A stretch of 63,401 nucleotides of DNA, the filler included, from Octopus bimaculoides (Eukaryota): assembly GCF_001194135.2 (NCBI RefSeq). It is 4 parts of 4 records of this genome, joined end to end, with 100 filler letters (N's around TTAATTAATTAA, not from the genome) between each part and the next. Parts side by side here need not be neighbours in the genome. Positions count along the whole stretch, not along the records: positions 1 to 28,873 come from NC_068988.1; 3 more parts are not named here. One strand, 5' to 3'. Positions 14,500 through 28,217 of this stretch are shown in pieces. Under the pieces are notes generated by a model. That model ran no database searches. It was not told the DNA's origin and saw only the letters and a list, made by a program, of their open reading frames with translations. Every line of letters begins with the position of its first letter. Within the stretch, counting starts at the first letter, position 1. The translations under genes and the position numbers were made by a program.

Positions 14500-14994
14500 G
14501 CACACAAATTTCCAAGTAGAAACTTGAACAAGGTACAGAGTACTCAAATGTGTCAAACAATGAAAATATATTCTTCTTGTTAATGTCAGCAAATTCTCCA
14601 TTACTTCAATTTTATTGCCAAAGAGGCAATCATCAGATGGTATATCAATAAAGAAATGTTTTAAAAGCATTTAAGCCATTTGTTTGTTCATATACCATCT
14701 GTTGACAGCCTATATGGGAAGAAATTCAAAGTAATGGAAAAATAGTTAGCTTTGATAATAGGTGCCACATGAAAAGCACTGGTACTGTGCCACATAATAA
14801 AAAAGCACACATGCTGGTGCCACTTTAAAAGCACTCAGTACACTTTGTAAAGTAGTCAGCATTAGGAAGAGTATGCAGCCATAGAAACCATGCCAGAACA
14901 GACAATGGTGCTTGGTGCAGCCCTTGGCCTTACCAGCTCCAGTCAAAGTGTCCAATCCATGCCAGCATGGAAAATGGACATTAAATGATGATGA

Positions 14995-15028
<34 letters not shown>

Positions 15029-15066
15029 GGTGGTGGTGGTGGTGGTGGTGGTGGTGATAATGATGG

Positions 15067-15121
<55 letters not shown>

Positions 15122-17129
15122 ACAATCACAGCTTTCACTCACAAGCAAATGTAACTTGGCAGTATGTACCATGCTTTAACTAATTGTTTTAGGAGCCCAT
15201 GTTGTCCACAAGGAGTCATAACCACCCAGTGAGCCCTCTGATCCCTGATCCAGCAGATCATCCAAAACATGACAGCCAGAAGGAAAGAATGCTACGCCAG
15301 CACTCACCTGGTGCGGCCCTCTTTTCATTTCAACCGATTAGATTGGAACAATGTGAGATGAAGTGTCTTGCTCAAGAGTACATACAACATGCTGCCTGCT
15401 TCAAAAACCAAACCCCAAACCCTACAATCATGAGCCCAACATCCTTAAGCCATACACTTTCCTGCATACACACACATTTATATGCATGTGTGTATACATG
15501 TTATATATGTATGTGAGTGTACGTATGCTGGTGTCTCCTTGTCTTGACACTGCACGACTGCTGTAAATGAGTGTAGCTGTCATACAAACAGTGTCATTCA
15601 TTTCCAATATTTTGCAATTTTGCAAAAGTATGTCTAAGAACAAGGAAATATTACCTTGGTTGGAAGCAGATGAAGATTGGTGACAGGAAGAGCATCAGGT
15701 TGTAGAAAAATCTATCTCTATCTGACCCATGCAGACATTCAAATGTGAATGTTAAAATGATGATGATGACAATGACAACGACAACGATGATGATGATGAT
15801 GATGATGATCATCATCATCATCATCATGGTTATGATGATGATGGTTATGGTGATATATTGACATGTGATGAATAGCAGCTGTATAAAAAGGGTGCCCTGT
15901 GTGTCCAAAGTAGAAGAGACAGGCTAAGCAAGTCAGAAGATGAAATGGTAAAGACTGTTCTCAAGAAGCTAATCCTCATAAAAGGAGATGACATAGGACC
16001 ATGACCCTTGATCCTTCACTTAATTTCCTTCTGGTTGAAAACCATACTGTATTATATTACTCATGTATGCCTCATACTGGTTTCAGATTTTGGCACAAGG
16101 CCAGCAAATTCAGGAAAGGTGATAAATCAATTATATCAACCCCAGTGCTCAACTGGTACTCATTTTATTGATCCAAAAAGAAGGAAATGTGAAGTAAACC
16201 TCGGTTGAATTTGAACTCAGAATATAAAAATAGATGAAACACTACTAAGCATTTTTCCCAGCTCACCACCTTATGATGTATGCCACATACTACCTTTTTT
16301 TCTGTAGAAAGAGAGAAACCCTTTTGTTGTTAACATATGCAGCAATTTTCTAACCATCTTGTGGAGATGCAGTGAACCTGGAGGAAAGGGTCAGTAATGT
16401 CAATGGTTGAGGGACCCTACTGGAAGAGGAAGTGTGAGTGACTTTAAGTGCTTGGAAGTAGGACCAGCGTGAGTATTTTTTGGCCTTGGGTAGTAGGAGC
16501 AGAATGATGCATGTAGACATGTGAGTGAGAAAGGGAATTTACTGTAGGTTCTAGCGATAGGTTAGACAGGTAAGGTTCATCTCAGATATAACCCAGTTGG
16601 ACAGTCAACACTGAGAGGTAGGTGAATCGCAACAGTTCCTCATATTACTCAACTTCCATCTCTCTCTCTCAAACTATTACTAATTAATTATTACTGACCA
16701 TATTTCCAGTGCTAATTAAGTCTTTTCTTTTTAGTGCTCATAACTTTTTGGCAGGATCCCTGAGACCTGGGAGAAATGGAGAAAAGTGCTTATAGGTTAC
16801 AATGAGTATGAAGCAGTTTGTTTAGATACACAGTTATGAATTAGTCTGAGTAACCAAACTGAACTATTTTTGTAAACCATTTCAGTTGTTCATATTTCTT
16901 AATTCATATCTATTTATTCAATTACTGTATTCTTGTATAAAGGCATAAAAGTGTTATGTGTCTAGCTGTCCAGTGATACTGAACAAATCCTGTACATGTG
17001 AGATATTTTCTGGTTTAGAAAAACATTGATAAAAACACGTGCAAAGCAGATATTTTGTATAATTTTCCTTCAGTGAATATTTTTTCTAAATCCTTTCTCA
17101 TCCATTCTTTTTCCATATCTTTTTTGTAG

Positions 17130-17167
17130 ATTGTCACATTATTTGTCACAGGAAATGTGAAACAGAG
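17130..17167 (+). CDS. Coding exon: second part of the C1 zinc finger
   Basis: Acceptor cttttttgtag, donor GAG|gtaggt. 38 nt, phase 1 to phase 0. Joined to 12977-13094 it reads ..SCV-D-CHIICHRKCETE, completing C-x2-C-x4-H-x2-C. The last Cys must lie in a later exon that I could not identify. Confidence 0.85.
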
Positions 17168-17847
17168 GTAGGTAAAATTTTAACTAAATAATTTTGTTTT
17201 CTTTACCAAATAGGGTGGGTTTAATTTTTATTTTTATCTTTCGCTTGTTTCAGTCACTGGGTTGTGGTCATGCTGAGGCACTGCCTTGAAGGGTTTTAGT
17301 TGAACAAATCATCCTCAGTACTTATTTTAAGTCTGGAACTTTTGGTCTTTTTTTGCCAAACTATTAAGTTAGAGGGATGTAAACAAGCCAACACTGGTTT
17401 CCAGCAGTGGTAGGGGGACAAACACAGAGACAAGCTCACACATATTCACATACATATACTCTTTTACTCTTTTACTTGTTTCAGTCATTTGACTGTGGTC
17501 ATGCTGGAGCACCGCCTTTAGTCGAGCAAATCGACCCCAGGACTTTGTAAGCCTAGTACTTATTCTATCGGTCTCTTTTGCCGAACCGCTAAGTTACGGA
17601 GACGTAAACACACCAGCATCAATTGTCAAGCAATGTTGGAGGGACAAACACAGAGACAAGCTCACACATATTCACATACATATANNNNNNNNNNNNNNNN
17701 NNNNNNNNNNNNNNNNNNNNNNNNNNNNNNNNNNNNNNNNNNNNNNNNNNNNNNNNNNNNNNNNNNNNNNNNNNNNNNNNNNNNNNNNNNNNNNNNNNNN
17801 NNNNNNNNNNNNNNNNNNNNNNNNNNNNNNNNNNNNNNNNNNNNNNN

Positions 17848-17880
<33 letters not shown>

Positions 17881-18916
17881 CATATATATACAATGAGCTT
17901 CTTTCAGTTTCCGTCTACCAAATCCACTCACAAGGCTTTGGTTGGCCCAAGGCTATAGTAGAAGACACTTGCCCAAGGTGCCATGCAGTGGGACTGAACC
18001 TGGAACCATGTGGTTGGTAAGCAAGCTACTTACCACACAGCCACTTGTGCATTGTTGTCAACGATGACTAAGGACATCCCATGGGAGAAGAAGATGGGTC
18101 ACAGTGTGTCCAGCTGTAGCCAATCAGGCTGAGGTATGCTCAAAAGGTTCTGCTACAGATTGAACACTGGTGGCCTTCTGGGAATGAAGGCAAAGAGTTG
18201 GCTCAGAACTTGTGCAGCTCATGTTTTCTTTGTGCTCCTGCAATCCTATTCTGTTCATAGGAGGTGGCACCATTGTTGGCGCAGCCATGCCAGGCAGGGC
18301 AGCTAAACCATAGTGAGGGTAACTGATGGCTTTCAACCTTCAGTGAAGTAGGGCTTAACTACCTATGCATCTGACGACTGGACCTGGTGGACTATGCAAA
18401 GGAAACCACTAGATTGGTCCAACAGACAGGAAATTGAACCAGCAAGCATTGTGGAGCACGAACATGGCACAGTGAGAAACAAAAGACACTGTGGCCACCC
18501 ATTGCATCCCAACCTACCTCTAGTCATCTTGACTTTGTCTTGCCACTGGAATCAGATAGGAAGGGACAAGAGAGTGAGGCAGAAGACATTGCACAACCCT
18601 CCCTCAATTAAATCTATGTCACATACAAGTCAAGACATTACATACATACATACAGTATGCATACATACAGTATGCATACATACACACACATGTACAACAG
18701 GATTCCACACAGTTTCTATCTATCAAATTCACTCACAAAGCATTGGTTGGTCCAGGGCTATAGCAGAAGATACTTGCCCAAGGTGCTATGCACCATAACA
18801 TTCCATTGATATTCTACTGATACCATAGATTATCAATGATATTGTATGATGTAGTATCTGTAATTGGGTTATGGGGAATAAGAGATGTTTGATTTTGATA
18901 TTATCAACTGTGAAAA

Positions 18917-19350
18917 GGGCAACAAGCTGACAGAAACATTAGCATGCCAGGCGAAATGCTTAGTGGTATTTCGTCTGCCGTTACATTCTGAGTTCAAATT
19001 CTGCCAAAGTCGACTTTGCCTTTCATCCTTTCAGGGTCGATAAATAAAGTACCACTTAAGCACTGGGGTCGATGTAATCAACTTAATCCCTTTGTCTGTC
19101 TTTGTTTGTCCCCTCTATGTTTAGCCCCTTGTGGGCATTATAAAGAAATAGGAACCGTTAGCATGCCAGGTGAAATGCTTAGCAGTATTTCGTCTATCCT
19201 TATATGTTCTGAGTTCAAATTCCGCTAAGGTCAACTTTGCCTTTCATCCTTTTGGGGTCGATAAATTAAGTACCAGTTGTGTACTGGGGTCAATCTAATT
19301 GACTGGCCCTGTCTCTCCAAAAATTTCAGGCCTTGTACCTAGTAGAAAAA
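18917..19350 (+). mobile_element. Dimeric SINE family A, CpG-decayed copy with a 17-bp TSD
   Basis: TSD ATTATCAACTGTGAAAA at 18900-18916 and 19351-19367. Colinear with 54857-55288. Confidence 0.88.
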
Positions 19351-19669
19351 ATTATCAACTGTGAAAAAAATTATATATGACTGATTTCAATAGTTTACAT
19401 GTTTAATAACAAGTAAAATAATGTGAGCTCAGCACACAGTCTGTGATAAATTCTTTTGCTATACATTTGATAGAAAGGTATGCGTATACAAGTGCCGGTA
19501 TGGTATAGGCACAGGTGTGGCTGTGTTGTTAAGAAGCTTGCTTCTCAACAATGTGGTCTTAAGTTCAGTCCCACAATGGCACCTTGGGCAAGTGTCTTCA
19601 ACTATAGCCTCAGCCTGACCAACACCTTGTGAGTGGATTTGGTTACAGAAACAGAAAGAACCATATTGT

Positions 19670-19732
<63 letters not shown>

Positions 19733-22493
19733 CATGCACATGCATCTATGTGTGTGTTTGTGTTTGTGTCTGTGTTTGTCCTCCACCACTGCTTGACAAC
19801 CAATCTCGGTTTGTTTATGTCCCTATAACTCAGCACATCATCAAAAAGAAACCGATAGAATAAGTATCAGCCTTAAAAATAAGTACTAGGTAGGGGGTTG
19901 CTTTGTTCAACTAAACCCTTCTAGATGGTGCCCCAGCATGGCCACAATCAAATGACTGAAACAACCAAAAGACATAAAAGATAAGAAAGGTTTATATTTA
20001 TGAGTTTATTCATGACAACAATTTCTTTTAGAACATTTTTCTATCAAGCCTTCTTTCTATACTATGTGTATGAGGGGCTGGAGGGTGTAATACAAATAAT
20101 GAGTATTATTGTTGTTGTTGTTGCTATGTTTACCTTGATCCTATGTGTCCATAATGATGGTTACTTTCATTCAACTGCAAAATATGTATGTCACCTGTGT
20201 TTTGTAAAGTTTATATGTCACTTGTGTTTTGATTTTATTTTGACTGAATTCATAAAATAACCTTCCTTATTGTATATTCTAAGGGGAGTGACTCTCATTG
20301 AGTTCACTTGGATAATTTTAAAGAAAAAAAAAATAACTCCATTCATAGTTTATTTACAATCTATTAGTTCAACAAGCAAGCTTGAATTTATTGCTAGTTA
20401 ACTAAGATTGAACAGTAAATACATCATCATCATCGTCAACATTTAACATCTACCCTCCATACTAGCGTGGGTTGGACAGTTTGTCACAATCCAATAGGCC
20501 CAAACACTGCACTGAGCACCAGTGTTCATTTTGGCATGGTTTCTTATGACTGAATGCCCTTCCTAATGTTGTTGTTGGCACTCCGTCACTTACAACATCA
20601 AGGGTTCCAGTTGATCCAATCAACAGAACAGCCTACTTGTGAAATTAACGTGCAAGTGGCTGAGCACTCCACAGACACGTGTACCTTTAACGTAGTTCTC
20701 AGGGATATTCAGCCTGATACAGTGTGACAAGGCTGACCCTTTGAATTACAGGCACAACAGAAACAGGAAGTAAGAGTGAGAGAAAGTTGTGGTGAAAGAG
20801 TACAGCAGGGTTCGNNNNNNNNNNNNNNNNNNNNNNNNNNNNNNNNNNNNNNNNNNNNNNNNNNNNNNNNNNNNNNNNNNNNNNNNNNNNNNNNNNNNNN
20901 NNNNNNNNNNNNNNNNNNNNNNNNNNNNNNNNNNNNNNNNNNNNNNNNNNNNNNNNNNNNNNNNNNNNNNNNNNNNNNNNNNNNNNNNNNNNNNNNNNNN
21001 NNNNNNNNNNNNNNNNNNNNNNNNNNNNNNNNNNNNNNNNNNNNNNNNNNNNNNNNNNNNNNNNNNNNNNNNNNNNNNNNNNNNNNNNNNNNNNNNNNNN
21101 NNNNNNNNNNNNNNNNNNNNNNNNNNNNNNNNNNNNNNNNNNNNNNNNNNNNNNNNNNNNNNNNNNNNNNNNNNNNNNNNNNNNNNNNNNNNNNNNNNNN
21201 NNNNNNNNNNNNNNNNNNNNNNNNNNNNNNNNNNNNNNNNNNNNNNNNNNNNNNNNNNNNNNNNNNNNNNNNNNNNNNNNNNNNNNNNNNNNNNNNNNNN
21301 NNNNNNNNNNNNNNNNNNNNNNNNNNNNNNNNNNNNNNNNNNNNNNNNNNNNNNNNNNNNNNNNNNNNNNNNNNNNNNNNNNNNNNNNNNNNNNNNNNNN
21401 NNNNNNNNNNNNNNNNNNNNNNNNNNNNNNNNNNNNNNNNNNNNNNNNNNNNNNNNTTCGAGTGAGATCGTTGCCAGCGTCCCTAGACTGGCTCTTGTGA
21501 GGGTGGCACATAAAATACACCATTTTGACTGGCCTTCGTGCCGGTGGCATGTAAAAGCACCCTCTACACTCTCTGAGTGGTTGGCGTTAGGAAGGGCATC
21601 CAGCTGTAGAAACTCTGCCAAATCAGATTGGAGCCTGGTGTAGCCATCTGGTTTTACCAGTCCTCAGTCAAATTGTCCAACCCATGCTAGCATGGAAAGC
21701 GGACGTTAAACAACGATGATGATGATGATGATGAATGGAGAAATTATACAAAATGTATAAATGGATGATGAGTAATGCACCAGCACTGTTTCGATTTCCT
21801 GTTGCTATCCGTAGGTTTACTGCAGGAACTCCATAGTGACGGTTGGGGTAACAGTATTAATAAAATAGGAGATGGAATGTGTCCATCTTCCATGCTGGCA
21901 TGGGTTGGATAAATATATACATACATACATGCATACATACATATCCAACACATGCCAGCATGGAAAATGGACATTAAATGATGGCAATATAGATATAAAT
22001 AGAAAATTATTATTGTTAAATCTCTGAACGAGAGACATTTGGTAACAATTCTTTGGAGTAAAGATTATTTGCCAACATAATGTAGCAGTCTTGGTTAGGA
22101 CGATTGTTACTGTTATTTAGCCCCAGGAAATATCGTCTCCCGCTGGCTATATGTCACACTATCTGTGTCCTTATACTTTCGAACAAAGGAGTTTAGCATC
22201 CCCACTCAGCTCAAAGCAATATCTACGTACCAATGGTTTCTGGGGTATTTCTCTTCATTAGCCCAGAATAACTGCTTGGCTAGAGATGGCGCCACTAACC
22301 TCATGTTTGAAATATATACTTTTCAAAGTGACACACAGTCACTGATCTGACAAATATAAAATTATTATTTCTAAATCTCTAAATGAGATACATTCAGTAG
22401 CAGTACTCTAGAGTAAAGATTATTTGCCAACATAATGTGGCAGTCCTGGTTAGGACAACTGTTACTATTATTCAGCCCCAGGAAACATCATGT

Positions 22494-22561
<68 letters not shown>

Positions 22562-22565
<4 letters not shown>

Positions 22566-22895
22566 CACCATTTTGAGCGTGGCCGTTGCCAGTACCGCCT
22601 GACTGGCTCCCGTAGGATTTTCAAGTGAGATCGTTGCCAGTGCCCCTGGACTGGCTTGTGCGGGTGGCACATAAAAGACACCATTTCGAGCGTGGCTGTT
22701 TTCGTGCGGGTGACACGTAAAAGCACCCACTACACTCTCTGAGTGGTTGGCGTTAGGAAGGGCATCCAGCTGTAGAAACTCTGCCAAATTAGATTGGAGC
22801 CTGGTGTTGCCATCCGGTTTCACCAGTCCTCAGTCAAATCGTCCAACCCACGCTAGCATGGAAAGCGGACGTTAAACGATGATGATGATGATGAT
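22562..22895 (+). mobile_element. Retroelement family C (RTE-like 3' end, (GAT)n tail). Other copies: 21458-21735(+), 8230-8575(+), 14750-14990(+), 480-620(+), 7438-7752(-), 12365-12660(-), 6314-6690(-), 1490-1700(-), 20425-20570(-), 24520-24720(-)
   Basis: Shared GGTTGGCGTTAGGAAGGGCATCCAGCTGTAGAAAC...CATGGAAAGCGGACGTTAAAC followed by (GAT)n. Confidence 0.85.
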
Positions 22896-23840
22896 GTGTG
22901 TGCATGTGATTATAAAAAAGAATACTCCCTATTGAATATCAAATGTTTGCATAAAATAATAAGGTACAGAAGTTAAGTCATACTGCAAAGCAATAGTGGA
23001 AAAACTAAAACAGATTACATTGAAATGGATGAGAATTGTTTCACAAACCTTTAGCTTAGGTTTTAACTCCTCCATCAGGCAGTTAGGAACATCAGTTGGT
23101 AGGCGTGGCTCTATTTACTAAGTATCATAGGTAACCAACAATGAATTAAATTACATTTTTCTTCTGATGATCTGATGTTATGAGCTGATTATGCAATCGT
23201 CTGTCATCTACATAATAGTTACCACTTCGTATACTGATATAAATTAGTGAAACGCATCTAAATATTATTTATTCATGTTGTTGTAAGAAAAAGTTTCTTA
23301 ATGGATCTCCAGGTTTATTCATCTCTTGGATATAAACTCTATTCAAATGTATATAATACCAAACAAAAATTTGAGGACACATTATGTTCAACACTTGATT
23401 GGAAGTTAAATATACTTGGACTTACATGGAGTTCTAAGCATAAATTCATTGTTATGCTATCTCATTTGAGATAACAACTTATATATGTATATGTGTGTAG
23501 AGAGAGAGAGAGAGAGACACACACACACATAAAGACAAGGTAAATTTGTTATGAGAGACAAAACTATGGAATATACAAACACTGAGTACATCATGTCTCA
23601 AATCTGTGAACTAAACTGACCATTGTTAACTCTGCACACCTGAAAAAATATAATCTCTGAATATGGGTATATTAAACTTTAAACAAAAATCAGAGATTAT
23701 GTCAAAATGCCACCACAATAACAAATTCTAGCTGGCAAATTACAATAGTGATATGAACTCCAACTGACCCACAGAAATATGTAATGTAGAATCATTTGTC
23801 AGATAAAGTGTCATCAACAGAAAGAACATTAATGGTTTTA

Positions 23841-23898
<58 letters not shown>

Positions 23899-24867
23899 TA
23901 TTATTATTATTATTATTATTATTCAAAAGAAGTTCTCTTCGTTGGAATGCCAGCTGAAGAACACCTGGATAATGCAGAAGTTTCAGTGGTGGCTGCATAG
24001 TCATTCATCATTAAAATACATATGTCAGTATCTTCTAACTCAAATTTCGGTTATAAATTCATATCCTGTTAACATCATGTCCTATGCAGTCATAAGTGGA
24101 TTTAGCATCCATAGCCCGCCAAACATACTTATCTTTATAGTTCCCTAGGGAAGCTATATACATAAACACTACATAAATCAAGAAGTAGATAGGGTGTTAT
24201 AAATACACTTATCCACAACTTAAGTTGCTCTTAGCTGCAACTAAAAGACAAAAAATAAATAGCATTTCAAAATTATGCCAAAATATGACTGTACTTGTAT
24301 ATATCTATGAGTGTTTATGTGTTGAGCATTTATTTATCTTCATATATGTTTACATCATCCTAATCACAATCATCATGATCAACACCACAACAATCATCAT
24401 CGTCACCACCACCACTACTATCATCATCATCATCATTATCATCATCATCATTATTATCATCATCATCATCGTTGTCATCGTCGTTATCATCATCACCATC
24501 ATCACCCTTTTTGTTTCTGTTTCTTCAATGCTGGCATGAGTTGGATAGGACGTTTGAGACAATATTTTACAGCCAGATGCCCTCATTATTACCATTATGA
24601 TTGTTTTAATGTTCACTTTTCCATGCTTGCATGGGTCAGACAGAGGTTTAATGAGGGAGATTTATTTTCAGTTGGATACCTTTCCTGTCACCAACTCTCA
24701 CCTGTTTCCAAGCAAAGAAATATTACATAATCGGATTGTTACCTCACACTTTATTGAATCCCTGGTATGAAACCAATTAGTAAGATCGGCCATAATGGAT
24801 ATATAATACTATACACTTCAGATAATATATATCTATATATATATATATACAATATTAATTGACAGAA

Positions 24868-25074
24868 GATGGATTCAGTATTAAAATTGGGTACAACATA
24901 TGTTTTGACCAATCAGTCTGGGTCTCATCAGGTACATTGATAAAGATATATCGCACTACAGCCAACACATAAAACCTGTAGTTAGACATATCTTTATTGA
25001 TGTACCTGATGAGACCCAAACTGATGGGTCAAAATATATGTTGTACCCAATAAAGATTTAATACCGAATCCATC
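24868..25074. ncRNA. 207-bp fold-back carrying two oppositely oriented minimal type I hammerhead-ribozyme motifs (both G12A)
   Basis: Arms 24868-24952 and 24985-25074 are reverse complements with few mismatches. Plus-strand motif: GTAC CTGATGA(25006-25012) GACCCA-aactga-TGGGTC AAAA TATATG TT GTAC. Minus-strand motif: GTAC CTGATGA GACC..GGTC AAAA CATATG TT GTAC. Confidence 0.7.
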
Positions 25075-26077
25075 TCCAGTTAATTAATATTATTACTGCT
25101 ACTGCAGAGTTCCTGAAGTAAATCCAACAGAAGTGTACCATGACTGTGGATGACAACAGGTAGTCTAAACTGTGCCGGTGCTCTACTCAACAGTTAACAC
25201 ACTAATTGACATACTTGTTTGTCCAAATTATTTATTATTATCATATATATATGCATATATATATCTAGATAAAACTTACTTGGAAAGGGATGCGTGGCGT
25301 TCGATCATATAATAATATAAATAATATATAGATATATGCATATATCCATACATATATGTACATACCTACATATATATGTATATATACATGCATATATGGG
25401 TTCAGGACATCAAAAAAATGTTGAACACAATGAGAAACGAAAACATAAAAACGAAAACATAGAAAACGAATGTTTTTTCAAACAACAAAAAAAAACAGAG
25501 AAACAAGACATGCAACATAAAGAGTATATCTCTTTGTCAGTTGTACCTGTTTCATCTACTCCACATTTCAAAGACAAGAGAAAGATTTTTTTCAAAAAGT
25601 TAAGATGAAGAAAGAAAAAACTTTTTAGAGAGTAGAATGGTACTAACCCTTAGGAAAGANNNNNNNNNNNNNNNNNNNNNNNNNNNNNNNNNNNNNNNNN
25701 NNNNNNNNNNNNNNNNNNNNNNNNNNNNNNNNNNNNNNNNNNNNNNNNNNNNNNNNNNNNNNNNNNNNNNNNNNNNNNNNNNNNNNNNNNNNNNNNNNNN
25801 NNNNNNNNNNNNNNNNNNNNNNNNNNNNNNNNNNNNNNNNNNNNNNNNNNNNNNNNNNNNNNNNNNNNNNNNNNNNNNNNNNNNNNNNNNNNNNNNNNNN
25901 NNNNNNNNNNNNNNNNNNNNNNNNNNNNNNNNNNNNNNNNNNNNNNNNNNNNNNNNNNNNNNNNNNNNNNNNNNNNNNNNNNNNNNNNNNNNNNNNNNNN
26001 NNNNNNNNNNNNNNNNNNNNNNNNNNNNNNNNNNNNNNNNNNNNNNNNNNNNNNNNNNNNNNNNNNNNNNNNNNNNN

Positions 26078-26125
<48 letters not shown>

Positions 26126-28217
26126 CATACTCACTTTCTAGGAGTGGGTAGATAATATGGGAAATCTTTAAAGGAAGAACTGCCATCAAGTGTTAGTATG
26201 TATGTATGTTTGTATGTTTGTATGTATGTATGCATGTATGCATGTATGTATGTATGTATGTATATATGTATGTGTAAGCTATTTGACCGACAAATTAAAA
26301 GACAGCCTGGCACAATGCAGTGAGGTTGCCTCTCTGTAAATTTATACCACCTGCTTGATAGAACAACCACTTCGCTCTTAAATTCCACTTTATTGCCTTA
26401 GAAGAAGGAAGGACATACTAAATTTTGGATACATTAAGTCTGAAATGAAAATCAGGATCTTCACCGATGGAATACTTTTAATAATGGCTCTGCTGCGTCA
26501 CCTCTCAACATAAGTTGACTGGATAAAGAATGGACATGAGTCTAAATAACAAGACCAACATGGATACACTGTATGAGTTGATACACATTGATATGAATTT
26601 ATGCATGCCAACAGTTTGACCTGTATGCTGTATTGCTATGGAATTAATCCATTCCAGAAATCTGTAGACCATGTCTGTTAGTCTCTAATCTATTTTCGTA
26701 TGTTCTATATTTGGAAACTTTCTATCAGGACCTACTTTCCATGTTTTACTGTTATGTGTTATGAAGCTTATTATATACACTAACTAGATTTACCAAACCA
26801 GACCCTTTGGAACTCTCACATACTCTGCTACCATCACCACCAATACAGCCTCTACTGCTGGTACTGCAGGTACTACTACTACTATTTCTACCACCACTGT
26901 TGCCCCTTTTGTAACAAGCAGGCTCATCTTCCCTACCATTCTCAACTCCCTGTATATTCAGTAAGCCACTTACTAGAAGGGAGCTAAGCAGCAGCCCTAC
27001 TTGGCAGCTGTGGCTTTCTGATAGCAGCCATTATAATTGAAATATCATACCTCCAGGGCCAGTGGTGGGCCCTTAGAATGGTTGTGATGTTTATATATAG
27101 AAAACCTTACTGATAATTTTACAGACAGATTATTTCCGTTCAACAACCCTACAGCATCACTTTTCTCAAGCATTATCTTTTTTATTTCCCAACTTTTTGT
27201 TTTTTTTTACTTTCTGTAATGTTTACTTATTTATTCATTTATTGAATGTAAGTTTCTAGTTCTAGTAAGTTCCAAATTCTCCATGGAAGCAGAAACTGGA
27301 TAAGTATGAGTTACAAATTATTCAAAATACTGTTGGAAGTATTTCACAGAAAGTGTTTCCAAGTTGGTGGAATATGTTTCAAAAGAATTGACTAATAGTT
27401 CTTTCAACAACAATTTTACTGAAGAAATATTTTTTGGTCTGAAAACATCATCTAACAAGTGCCAGCTGTAATATTTTGATTTAACTCAGCACTAGTATTT
27501 GTTCTGTTATTTCCATCAGTAACTAACTCTCTATCTCTCGTTCTCTATCTCTCTCTCTTTTCCATGGACAACTTCTAAAACAGAAAACGTTCTTGCTTAA
27601 CAAATCTCCAACATTTATTCTTCACCTTCATTTTTCTCTCTTCTACACAAAATGTGGAAGCAGAAATGATAATTTACAATAGCTTTTTTCCTTTCTATTC
27701 TTATACATACATACATATATATATATACTTCTGTGTATTTTCTTATATACATATACTTCTATGTATTTTGTATTTATCAGTGTGGGTTGAATTTCTAGAG
27801 AAATCTATTACGTCAGTAAACTAGAGTAAAAATGGAACAAGGCAAGGTGTTATAAAACTAAGCAAAAGCACCTGCCACTCTTGGCATTGCTGGTAGGTGA
27901 GCTGTGAGGCTAAACAAATGTTACCATCACATCTGAAATGCCTGGTTGTCCATCTTTAAGTAAAAGCAACTGGCTGAGCTATGTCTTACCAATTCTGAAA
28001 CACCTTAGAGTCTTAAACAAATAAATCATTAAAAAAAAAAAAAAAAATTGTTGAAACCTACGTAAAAGTCAAAAACAATAAAGAAACAAACACCATACCC
28101 TCTCTTCACCAAAAGTCCAGGAAAAGAGGTGGAAAAAGAAAAGCAAACAACACAGCAAGGACAATTTTACTTGGTTTAAGAATCAAACTACAGGTAGTTG
28201 CGTGGTAACATTCTCAG

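Noticed and set aside
16755-16840. Possible plus-strand exon IPETWEKWRKVLIGYNEYEAVCLDTQL*
   Set aside because: It would interrupt the C1 domain between its two exons, its phase is incompatible, and it has no recognisable homology.
18365-18425. CTGACGA...GAAA-CCA-ctagat-TGG-TC hammerhead-like match
   Set aside because: Stem III is good but stem II has only 2 bp and stem I does not pair. Likely chance.
23020-23085. Minus-strand CTGATGG...GAAA-CAATTC-TC
   Set aside because: The core is mutated and the flanking stems do not pair. Too degenerate to call.
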